40,807 nucleotides of DNA from Perkinsus chesapeaki ATCC PRA-425 (Eukaryota; Protista; Perkinsozoa), in contig JAAPAO010000309.1 of NCBI GenBank assembly GCA_013115145.1, forward strand, positions 1 through 40,807. The letters run 5' to 3'. The translations under genes and the position numbers were made by a program. The notes under the pieces were generated by a model. It was given only the letters and a program-made list of their open reading frames with translations, was not told where the DNA came from and did no database searches. Shown in pieces: positions 24,027-35,700 of the stretch (its first letter is position 1; each line of letters starts with the position of its first letter).

Positions 24027-24354
24027 ACACTGAATTACAACACCCCCTGGGATGAATTCCTATTGAAAGCCGAAACACAGCAGGCGGTGGCAATAAAGAA
24101 ACGATTATTCCAGATCTCATTCGTTAACTTAAGACTTTAGCTCCATTAGTAATACTATCATTGGCAGCAGCATTAACCTCTATACTGGTATACCCTTCCC
24201 GGGCCGTAATAGTGGTGTATCGGTATCGCATCTCTAGCAGGAGTAGAAGAAGGAGAGGAAGGGATACCTGAGATGGATTGTGAAACAACAACGGACAAGG
24301 TAACAAGTGCAAGCAACGAGTAGTTAGCTTTAAATTCACCACTCCTTCTCTCGG

Positions 24355-27300
24355 TTAAACCCGCCCGGATGTCTCACCTTCTTGGTCCGCGGGTAGCGGC
24401 GGGGGTGGTGATGGCTGTCGCGACCAGTGGCTTCCAGGCGTTGTCGGATAAGTGCTCGCATACGCCTCGAAGTTGCGTATTGTCGTTGGCGGCGGTGAAG
24501 TGTATGAAGGTGGTCCGTTATAACCATACGGATAGTATCCTCCAGAGGAAGAGTATCCACCACTCCATTCCCCACCAGAAGTATTCTGCCCCGCGAAGGT
24601 TGCACGGTAGGAGCGGCCAGCTGCTGAGTAGCTGCCTCTTGTTAAGCTCCAAGTAGGCTCGTTGTTCCTTGTCTGATCCCAGCCCACTGCCCTAGTAGTG
24701 ACATTGGAGGCATTCTGCTCACTCACCCTCGATTGCAAGCAGCCCGTGGAGCGAGTCGTCACTTCCGTGACCACGGCCGCAGGAGACTCGGCTGGCCGCA
24801 AGGTGCATTCCCCTTTCGGAGTGGCAGGCTCGCCGGCCGATGCCTCCCTAGGGTTCAGAACCACCCCCGAGGGCTTCTCTGCCACATCCTTGGTTTCGCC
24901 CCCGACACCGGACGCCGCCTGACGTTCGGCAGCTTTCGGAGATACAGACAGCTGTGGTTTCGCTGACACTTGGTCACGGCTGAGCAATACCGTCCGGTGC
25001 TCTTTACGTCTCCGCTTCTTATGACGCCTCGAGTGCCGGTTCGGAGAGTCCCCGGCACTATATGAGCAATGGCTGCTACTATGCCGATGAGATGAAGAAC
25101 AGTGACTGCTCCGTCGGCCTGTTGAAGATGTTGAGTGCCTACGAGCACTAGAACTTCTTCCTCTGCGGTGCTGGGATCCATGCCGAGACGATGCTCTCCG
25201 AGAGTGGCTACGATGCCGCGAGGAAGGGGCTTCAGACTGCCGTCGAGGGCCATCATCTGGCAAGCCTGTATCGAATTTTCCTCCAGTTCTCAGATCACCA
25301 TGTTCAGGCCACTCGGCAGCTGGATGATCGGTGCCTCCACGCACAGCCTCCTCTTGGGCTCCCTCCCCATCCAGAGCCTCCGCCGTACTCGCCACAGGTC
25401 CACTAGTATCCTCATTAGCTTCATGTCCGCCTGCATCCTTATTATTCAGAATGGAGTCCGAGCCCCACTCTAGCAGCTCCATAGAATCACTGCCTTCCAG
25501 CCTCCAATTCTCCTCGGCCCCCAATGGTAAAACCCCCGTCGGTTGCTCATCTGCATTAGCTGCTTCCCTCTCTGGCACAGTCACCTCATTAGTATCCTCC
25601 TCCTCAGCATGTCCATCTCCCCATACTTGGAACTCCTCCTCATCATCACAGTCCTCCCTCGGTGGACCTTGCCATTTCTTCTCCGCAGTGCGGGCGAAGC
25701 CCTCCTCACCAACGTGATGAGCTCCGACCGCTGAAGCCAGCGGTGAACCATCGCTATAGCTATTCATAGCCAAGCCGCCATCCTGCAGTTCCTCGTCTCC
25801 CAACTCTGGGCTCGGACTTCGGACCATTTCAGCAGTCACTGTAGAGGCACCCTCCGTGGCACGATCCGTCCCAGCGAATTCAGACTGCTGCGTGTCACCT
25901 GCCTCAGTAGGGCTACCCAGTGTTCGATTCTCCCCTTCCTGCTCCAGTGTTGGACTTGGACTTAATACTACCCCAGGCGGCACTGTAGAGGGCTGCTCCT
26001 CCGCCTTGAGTGTAGGAGACGCCTCTTCACGCTTGATGGCGATATGCAGCGGGCTCCTCCTCCGGCCCGGCCACTCCCGTTTCACCACTTCTTCTGTTTT
26101 CACAATGCCCGCAGGAGGAGTCGCAACCACCACTGGCTTTCCAACTGTATGGGAATTACTCACTTCCACTTCACCGCTCCGCCTCACAGTATCCCCTCTC
26201 GATGTTCGATCCAGTCCCTCCGGTAGAATAGACACCGGAGAGCTGCATGATGGCCCGCTCGACGATGATGTCCTAAGCCTGTCTTCCTCCTCCTCGGACT
26301 CATCGGACTCGGGTATCGGACTCACATACCTCCGTGGCGCCTGATGCTTCCTAGTTGCCACCTGAGGCTCTCTTGGCCTCGTTGGCCTTCTTCCAGTCTG
26401 TCCTCTGCCTACACCTCCATTCGATTTGGCTCCAGAAGGGCGGGCTTTAGAATGCGTTTTCTCCGACCATTTCCGTAGCCGTCTGCTGCAGTTGCTGCTG
26501 CTGCTGTTTGTCTGCCTATGGGACTTACTGCGTCTTATTGCCCTAGGCGAGGTGGGCAGACTTAGGTCATCACCGCCATCACGATTCTGTTCGCCTTGAC
26601 CAGTCGAAGCAGTGCTTGCTGTCGTGCTTGCGCTACCCTTTCTAGGCTCGTTTATTTTCTTTTGCTTCCTACCCCCAGCCTTCGGGCTCTGCTCAGCTGG
26701 TCGAGCTCTCTTTGACGGTCTACATTTCCCAGCCTTCGGTACCGCTATCGGCGCCGTTCTCCTTTCATCGGCTTCCTCATCCTCCCCATCACTGCTCGAC
26801 GTTGTCTGATCTTCCTCCCCTTGTTGCTTATCCAGCACTCTTCGGACAAGTAGATACCTCCGACCAGTGCCCACGAGGCCGAGCTGTCTACAGTACTTCC
26901 TCAGCGCGCTTATACCCAGTCCATCCAGCTGCTGTTTCGTCACCTTCCCGATCAGCACAGGTGCCTCGACAGGAGTATCCGGACTGGCCGGTGAAACCGG
27001 CGCCGGCGAAGGCTGGCGAGCAACCGCTTTCTGAGCGGGTGCCTTCTTAACCGATGTTTTCGGAGCCGGTGTCTTTTCAGCTGGTGCTTGCGGAGTTGAT
27101 GCCGGCTGTTGAACGGTGGCCGCGATGACCAGAGGAGGTTCTTGGGGTGCAGGAATCAACTCAGCGTTGCAGCTCTAAAGGGGACGGTGACACTCATTGG
27201 CAAGAATAAACAGATCCCACCAGACTCTCTCGGAAGCCCACCGCCAAATTGATTTGTCTCTCATCCTTGAGAGAGTTGAAGCCATGAACATGCTTCCCGA

Positions 27301-27712
27301 GCCATACGACCAGATGGCGAGTACTGAACAGGGGAGTGGAGAGAACGAACGCTGCATCATCACAGACCCACCTCTTCTGTCCGCAAAGCTCGCTCACTGC
27401 CGGGCACCCCTCGAAGACATCCTCTGGCAAGCAGTGCGCATGGACGTAAACGGTCCTAACACCGCCCGAACTGAATTTGTCGGCCACCGGGTAACCCAGC
27501 CTTAAATCATGCTCTAAGATCTTCCGCTCGCATCCGGAACAGTGCGTCTCGCTGTGCTGCGGCTCATCGACACTAAAAATCCATTTGTCCCGACGTCCAT
27601 TGCCGCTTGACGGCGACTCGAAAAGGCTCCAGCACATACGCTGGTCATCCCACTGAGCCTGGAACGCCGGCAGCTGTGGCCTGTATGGTGGCCTCTGGGG
27701 GCCCATTGACAT
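24355..27712 (-). CDS. PARP-type zinc finger + SAP domain + very long disordered region, 3 exons
   Basis: QAQWDDQRMCW...THCSGCERKILEHDLRLGY...YVHAHC|...VWLGKHVHGFNSL...ESL|SCNAELIPAP... SAP-like LDGLGISALRKYCRQLGLVGTGRRYLLVRRVL at about 26830-26930, within a 934-codon open last exon. Confidence 0.85.
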
Positions 27713-28169
27713 CAAAAAATGACTGAAGTGAAGGCCTGTTGAGGGGAAGACGACCGAAGAAGGAAACGTCACAAAAAGGGGACGAGAATTGAGCCTTGAG
27801 AGAAATACTCTACTGTATAGGATATATACAGGAAACAAGGAAGGAAAGTATATCTCTCTATGACAGGAAGGAAGATAGGAGACTGGTGATATGCATCGCA
27901 ATAAAAACACATGGCAAGCTCTATGACAGTAAAAGTAACTTAAGGTGTGTTATGACTTGGTATAAATAAAAGAGTAATGTGAATCGCTATGATACGAGGG
28001 AAGGAGGCAATGGAGTGATGAGGAGCCACCAGAAGAACTCAAGATGACCATATCGTTTGATGATAAACTGGCATGAGACCGACATGATACTTTACCGTCT
28101 GCAATACCAGACATAATAGAAAGGGCTGCTGCTGCATCTAGTCATTAATAATGAAGGAGATATATGAAT

Positions 28170-31100
28170 TCATAGTTGGAAGAGGAACTTCAGATCAGCG
28201 ATCGTCAACTTCTCGAGGGCTCCGTTAAAATTGCCGCCGATAGTTCCGTCGAATATCAACTGCTTCTTCTCCTGAATGATAAACGCACATCCAAGAAGTC
28301 CGACAAGCTCCGACACTCTCAGCAGCAAAGCTCCCTTCAAAATCTTAAGAAGCTGGAACACAGAGGGGGTATACCGCAGGCGCGCGCGGCGCGCATATGG
28401 TGGATGGTAAGTTATACATTCTATGCACATTCCGTCTCATACGTCTGTACTGGCGTAACAGACGTCGGGTAATGGACACAAGGCATGAGGCCTTCAGCCG
28501 AAGCAACTCACCTGGAGGGACTTGATCTGTTCCTCTATGGTGTTCTCAGAGATGAGATGATGACTCTTAACTTCCTTTTCTTGTCCAAGACGGTGGCAGC
28601 GCTGAATAGCCTGTTTCTCCAGCGCCGGGTTCCACCAAGGATCTGAGCAGCAGCCGAGTCGTCGGGCTTGTGCAGAGGAGCTTGATGACTCACCAAGAAT
28701 AAAGACATGACTTGCCCTCTGTAGGTTAAGGCCCTCTCCGCCAGCTGATATGGAGACGAGGAGAAGGCTGCAATCCGATGCTGAGGACTAAGGAGGCCAA
28801 CACATACAGTGGGACGGGCCGCGACATGCCTGACCTCCACGAAGGCACGTATAATTCTGGTGCGGACGGCCAAAGGAAGACCGCCGTGGATGATCTGAAT
28901 AAAGTGAAGAAAGAAGATATAAAGAAGGGCTCCTCCTTACAAAGGTAGTAATGCCTCGCGCTTTGAGGTGGTGCTGGCAAAGCTCTAGTAACTTAACGAA
29001 GCAAGAGAACACCAGTCTGAAGAGAGCGGCATGAGGCTCAGTGGGGACGGAGCTCTACTCCCTACCCCTTAGCAGTATGGTCCTCCCGTCTCATCTCCAA
29101 CACCTTCGTGATCAGTGCGTCTATCTTGGACGAGGACGGTATACCCGGTCCATGCATCTCTTGCAGCTGGTGTATAACACTATGCTTTCTAGTGAGGCTT
29201 GTCATTGCTAATAAAGCCCTTATTTCCTCGGATGACGGTGTTGTTGCCGCTTCAGGACTAACACTCACATGCGCCTGCGTACGGGAAGAATAGAGTTCTG
29301 TATTAAGTCGGCATTCTACCCATGAAGCATGCACGGTGGACCAACCGACACAGACAGGGCACTGCAAGTACGTGCTAGGAGACGCCGCACCGCAGCCTTC
29401 CGGATCATCATTGCCAAGGCAGTCCCTAAATGAGGAGGGTAGCGTCGAGAGTTATACCAGGCCCTACCTGTGAAACTCATGGCCACAATCCAACCACACT
29501 AAATCCGCCTCCTTGCCCGGGCCTGCGATGATTTCATCCTCACAGCTGTCCTGAAAGGGTACCAATCCGCCAAGAAAGGCTAGTCCTTTTGCCCTACGCA
29601 AAGCCTCAAGTCACCAATGTCTTCCGTGTTGACAAGATACTTATGATTCGCAGCCTAACACGAAGCACTCCACTCCACCGGGAATATCTCCTCCATACCA
29701 ATCTTAGCTTCATAATCAGAGACAAGACCTCCACCATGTGATCACCGACTTCATTTCTTTTCAGATACCCTCGTATCCTCGCTTGATAGAGATCGAAGAG
29801 ATCATCATAGAGCTCCCTATCCTTCGGCTTCATCGGTAGGTTATGAGTTGCACTGCTTAATTCAGGTAGACGGACTTCGACCTGCTTTTCGGCCTTAGTA
29901 CGTCTGAGCATCAGACGCTTCAGGACTTGGGATCTCAAGCGCTGAAGGCCTTCTGCTCCCTCGAGCGCGTCGAGTCCGTGACTGAATACCACCAAGCTTC
30001 CAGACGCGTCAGTAGCATGGTCGCTACTTTTTTATGGGGTTTGCAATCTGCCTAGTGAAATAGATATAATGGCTAATTTTAGGATGTCCGCAGGCTTTGC
30101 AGTTGCCAATGGGATGGTCTAGGATCACGCAATCGCAGCCTTCCCAGTCACACATTCGGGCCCCCTCGGGGACCACTCGCAGAAATCTGAGAAATATCCG
30201 AACATGAACACGCGCATGAACAGCCACGAACCGTATAAGGGAGAAAAGATCCCCCACTTTATTTTGCAGTGGGGTCCCCGAGAGGCACCACCTGCTCCTG
30301 GCCCTCAAGGCGCACCTGGTCAAACAAGACCTGGCGTAAAGCCTCGTATGACGTTAGACTTACGCTGCTTTAGCAGTTGAAGAATTGGCTGCCTTTATTT
30401 TATGCGCCTCATCGAGTACTATCCTCTCCCAGCGGAGGCCGTGTAGCAGTCCGGCATGTCGAAGGCGATCCTCAAGATCAGATCTATCGGTCCCTGGAAA
30501 GCAGGAGTCAATCACTGGCAGTCAAGAACTGGTCGGCCTACCCGTTTCGTCGCTGCTATCCTCCAAAGGCTCACTTCTCTTTATCCTCACTCGCCTCTTT
30601 GACGCTCCAGAGTTGCGTTGCGCTTCATTTGCGCGGGCTGGGTGTTCGACGGTCTCTGGCCTTGCATTCCAGCTGGATGCCCCTCCGCCCGTGGCGTTCG
30701 GCACAGGTGGTGTAGGCAATGTGCCACACTGCGGTGACGGCTTCTGCGCCTCGGTACGGATCGGCTCTCTCGGCGCGAATGTGGCCCGGATATTGCTGTC
30801 GACATTTTCCTTATCCTCTTCAGCTTTGATGCGTTTGGTCAGTCCCAGCAAAGAGCTATGATGCGCTCTATCTGGCAGCCCGCCTCTTTTGGTCGGAGGA
30901 CTGTACATCATGCGCTTCACGGCCCCGCCGTTCGGTCTCCGCCACGAAGGCTCAGTGGTCCCAGTGGGACCGCCGAGAAGAAGATTTTTCTGCGCAGCCG
31001 AGCCCGAGGCGGAGTGTGGCGAGCCGATTTGCAAACTTGGTTGCTCTTCACTCTCCACCTTGATGTAGCCCACATCGCCGGACCTCCTCAAGTCCCTGTC

Positions 31101-32583
31101 AGGCGTCAAGCGCGGCACGGATCCCCCCGGTTCACTTTTCACCCAGACGCCCTGGACAGCTATTCGAGACCCTGGCTGGGAAGGCTGCTCCTTCTTAACT
31201 GTGTCTGGATAGCCAGCGGCTCCCAGCAGAGTCCTTGCGCTGTTGGTAGAGAAATGGGAGTAGCCATTTATGCCGCTACTTGAGACCTCCTTAACGGCAC
31301 CAACCCTCGAGGACAACGACGTTACACCATGAGAGACAGGAGACGGATTGGCTATTGAAGAGCCGCGAAATGGCGCCTGTGACGCGAGTAGATCTCGCGC
31401 TTGCCCACCGGTTGGCAACCCGACATGAGATGGCCCTGCACTACTACTGCAAGTCGGTCGAGCATAAGGCATGCTCCGCACGCTGGGCCGAGGCTGACAG
31501 CTGTTACCATAGTCGAGGTGGCGCTCTTGCTGCTGCTGCTGTTGCTGCTGTTGTCCCAAACTGCCACCAAGCGTTCCCGCGGATGCAGAGCACTGCCGAG
31601 TTCCCTCCACTTTAGCCCGGAAGTCGCCCCCATTGGGTCCGCCAGCAGTAAAGAAGTCGTGAATGCTCCTGGTGGGGGCTTGCTGAGGTAGGTGATGGTA
31701 GATGGTCGGAGGACCTGTTTTGGCCTTGTTCGCGGCGAGACTTTTATAATGGCCTATGGTGTTAGCGAATAAGTCTTTCTGGAGGCTTTTACCCATAGAT
31801 GACGAAGGCTGGGCAGCATAGCTAGCCGCAGGAGGCTGAGCCGGTTTGGCATTCCAGGACGGTGCGGTGCCAGTATGCACCGCTCGACCGCTGGCGTCGA
31901 ACGTCCATGTTCTTGGCCTCTTCGGGCATTTATCTTTATGAGATGACAGCAGCTCGGGGAGCACCTTACGGCCGCAGTAGGAGCACTTCTTCTTCAGCTT
32001 ATTAAGCTGTGTCCTATACTCATACTCCACGGTCCTGTATGTGGTCAGAATAATATCGTAATTTCGCAACTGTTTGGCGGACACTTTGGACTTCCCATGA
32101 TAGGAAAGCACTTTCACGGTATCCGGCTGGAGGTATCTCTGGATCTCAGCCTCCCACTGCAACATGGCAGTAGTAGTGCAGATGATCAAGGTCGGATTGT
32201 GATGAGGTTGGAGCTTCTTAGTGATCAATGATACCGTTTGAATAGTCTTCCCCATACCCATCTCATCGGCTAGTATGCCCCCCTTACAGTCATCCTTCGC
32301 TTCTTGAGCGCACATCCAAGCCAACCCTTCCTTCTGGTATTCCAGAAGAGGCATCACCAACTGAAAAAGACGGTTGAACGATACACGCGTATTGAAAGGG
32401 TCTCACCTGAGTTGGTGGAGGGTACCTCAGGACCAGCTCATGGGGAATCTCTTGGACCATGGTCCCGAGCTCACGTTTGATCTGCGACCTCTCCTCCCTG
32501 GCCTTCTCATCCCCGGACGAGCAGAGGGAATCATCAGAGTTGGAGTCGTCGTACTCACGCTTCCAGAAGGCTTTTGGATACAT
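28170..32583 (-). CDS. Rad16/Rad5-like SNF2 helicase-RING copy 2, no zf-PARP
   Basis: [13 protein letters not shown]; [11 protein letters not shown]; [11 protein letters not shown]; LMLRRTK; CGHEFH...CPVC; [14 protein letters not shown]; DPWWNP...[11 protein letters not shown]; ends DLKFLFQL*. Confidence 0.9.
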
Positions 32584-32753
32584 AAGCTGATAAAATTAAC
32601 TTACTAATAAATCCTAAGGAGACCATCTCACATAAACAACACAAGAACGCATAGCATATAAAAAGGGCCGAGCCTGGGACGGTCGCAGCCATGCCGGCAT
32701 GAATGGCAGATCAAAGTTAGGGTACTAGTTATTATACGATACAGTGGGGGGGG

Positions 32754-35700
32754 CTAGAGCTGGAAGAGGAACCTGATGTCTTCCAACGATAGCCCTTCGA
32801 GACTGCCGTCACCGTCTATGATACCTCGGCAGATAGCACGCTTTTTCTCCTGAAAGCCAATATGTCATTTCCACTTTCCAAGGAGAACATTGAACGCAGC
32901 GAATAAGTAGCACTGTGACGGAACGAAGAAACTCGTAGCTTTCGGAGGAAAAGACCGGGAGACTCTCCTGGAGGAAAGGTGAACTTTGGAATCAAGAAGG
33001 GCCTCCAAAGTACATCAAACGAGGTCTGTCTCAGTCCCCGCATTCTTATGGAGCACCGATTGCAGCTCACCTGCAGCGTCACTATGCGCTCCTCTATAGT
33101 GCCACCAGTTGTCATTTTAATAACCTCAACGGGTTTAGTTTGTCCGAGACGGTGAGCCCTTTGGGTCGCCTGCTGTTCGACTGCTGGATTCCACCATGGA
33201 TCTGATACACCGTCAAACTCTGACTGTCGCTCAGTGACTCTATATAGGGAGGTCTCCCCTAACACCAACTAACTAAAGTACGACAATATCGAGATCTACA
33301 TAGCCGGAAGCCAGCCCTACAAGAATAGCAGTGCTTTTACCTAGGAGATATATATAATTAGCAACTTGAAGATTGAGGCCCTCACCACCAGACATGAGCG
33401 AAATGAGCAGTAATGGACAGGTGTCCGCCGAAGACTGACAAACATTACACAAGCGAAGCACAGTGGGAATTATAGGTACTTCAGTAAAGGTCTTCATAAC
33501 CTTCGACCGGAGAGGCAATGTAAGCTCACCATGGAGAATCTGAACGCACACACATCCACGATGGTAGATGACACTATCAACCTACTAACGTGTCGATGCC
33601 AGCCTGCTTCAGCCTATACTGGCATATCTCCAATAGAGACACAAAACAGGAAAATACGAGCCTGATTGGAAAGCATTCACTGCTGCCAATCCATATGCTC
33701 GACAACCTCCGCTGAGCGAAGCTACCGTTAAAATGAGCCACCTTTGGTGAAGTGGAAAGGTAAAAGTATATAGTGAGCAGTACAGGACGGTAAGGTCGGT
33801 TAACTCTAACAGGTTGATGCTTGGCGAAGCGAACTCCAACGAGATGTGTATCCTCACCCTTTCGCCTGCCCATCAGCACTCCTCATATCTTGGACCCCCG
33901 CTACGAGAGCCTCAACTTTGGAGGAGCTCTCGAATGCTGTTATTGGAATCTTCTTCAATATGCTCGTTTTCCGGGGCAGTCGGGGATCTCCCTGGAGTCT
34001 ACGAAGATACTCGAATTCAACGTTCTCCTCCGCGTCATCATCGGCATCATCAGGGCTCGAGAAAACCTACCCGAAAACTCATTTACTATAAACGAAGTTG
34101 GAAACTAGTTAATTTTCGTACATTGCCATAGCGGACATCCAGCGCCTGCTGGCAACAAGGGCATCGAGCGTCAGCGTTCCTGAGCCAGCTTTTAACACAG
34201 GAGCTGAGCAGTATAGGAACAGACTAACAGAAACGATGAAGATTCATGCTACTTATGAAAGAGGTGATCACAGACCGCTCTTGCCAAGGCCTGGCCAGCG
34301 CAAGCCGTCCTCTGTGGAATTTCATCGTGACATATACCCTGAGCAACAACACACTGTGGAGCGCTTGATGAGGATGGGACCGTACGCAGAAGAATGACTT
34401 CTGGGGGCTGAACTCGATCAAATATCGGTGGTTCGCTGCCTGAGCAGCCACAACGGTGCAAACGACATAATGGGTATGAAGATGCCCACCTGCCTCAACC
34501 GGAGGATCATCTTCAAGGCCTCGACCATCCGGTTGGCAAGTTGTCCGTCCTTCGCATACTTTCTGATGCGGTTGCGATAGAGCTCATACTTCGCCTGGTA
34601 ATATGCCGCCTCCTCGCCCGACATCACAGCGGCCGTGGGCCGCTCTTCCATCGGTGGCAGCTTCACGTCGCTCTCCCGCTGTGACTTTGTCCGCCGCAAC
34701 AGGAACTTACGGAGAAGCTGCGAGCGCAGCATTCTCAAACCCTCGGAACCCTCCTGGGAATTCAAGCCGGACCTGCTCGCAACTTCACCCGGAGATGCTG
34801 AGGAAACGGGCTTACCGTCTGATAGGATTAGCAATGAAGCGGTTGAAGTAATAGCAATGGGACGCTCTTGGATGGTCACAGGAATGGCACCTTTCTTCCC
34901 AAGGGTACTCCAACACATTACAGCGACAATCAGGAGTGTCGCAGCAAATAGTCGATAGAGGTCTCACTCGCAGGAACCTATCCGACCCTACTCCCCCGTC
35001 TGCTTTTCAGGGACGCCTACCTCGCCAACGAATAGATGTCACCAATTTTGTTTTGAATCGGAGTACCGGTGAGACACCACCGGTACCTGCATCTTAGGGC
35101 AAGACTAAAGGGAGCCAAGGTCGTTCATAAGGAAGTGCAGACTAGCCCCTTACCAGGCTTTAGTAGTGCTATTTCCTTTGTTCCTGATGCGATGCGCTTC
35201 ATCGAGACATACCCGTGACCATACAAGGCTATGTAACAACATGTTGTTTCTCAAACGCGCATCCAGGTCTGGCCTTTCGCACCCTAAATATAGGTCGACG
35301 ATGATCCATTTGGGGTAGGCTGTCCTCACCGATATCATCCTCGGCATCATACGTGTCCTGTGGTTGCCGCCATGGTTCGCCAGGCGTCGTAGTCGAGTCC
35401 CGACAACGCTTCTTGGCGCTGCCCCCAGGAGTGCCCCTTCGCTTGCGTGCAGGTGTCCCCTCAGACGTCTTGCTGCCGATGATTTTCACACGACGATTAA
35501 CTTCGGGTGTTGTCGGCTCGCCATGTTGCGGAGTAGGAGGGTTCACACCCGAACTGCTGCTCTCAGACTTTGGAGCTGCCGGCTCATCGACCTTGCACTC
35601 CTCCTTAAATTCGGCCTTCTCAACCGGAGATGAAACGTCAGATACAAGCTCAGCATCGATCACTGTCATTTCAGACTTCAGGGATCCGGCCAGAGACATG

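Noticed and set aside
24369-27050. Many + strand ORFs (for example 25331-25717, 25856-26344)
   Set aside because: Antisense shadows of the GC-rich, low-complexity 934-codon exon. The same applies to the + ORFs over the helicase insertions (20130, 30385, 35353).
27713-27910. Long N-terminal extension of ORF 27194-27910
   Set aside because: Non-ATG start and pyrimidine-rich, UTR-like composition. The paralog comparison supports the ATG at 27712.
35065-35090. 9-bp inverted repeat gtaccggtg/caccggtac
   Set aside because: It lies inside the conserved [10 protein letters not shown] coding exon and is likely coincidental.
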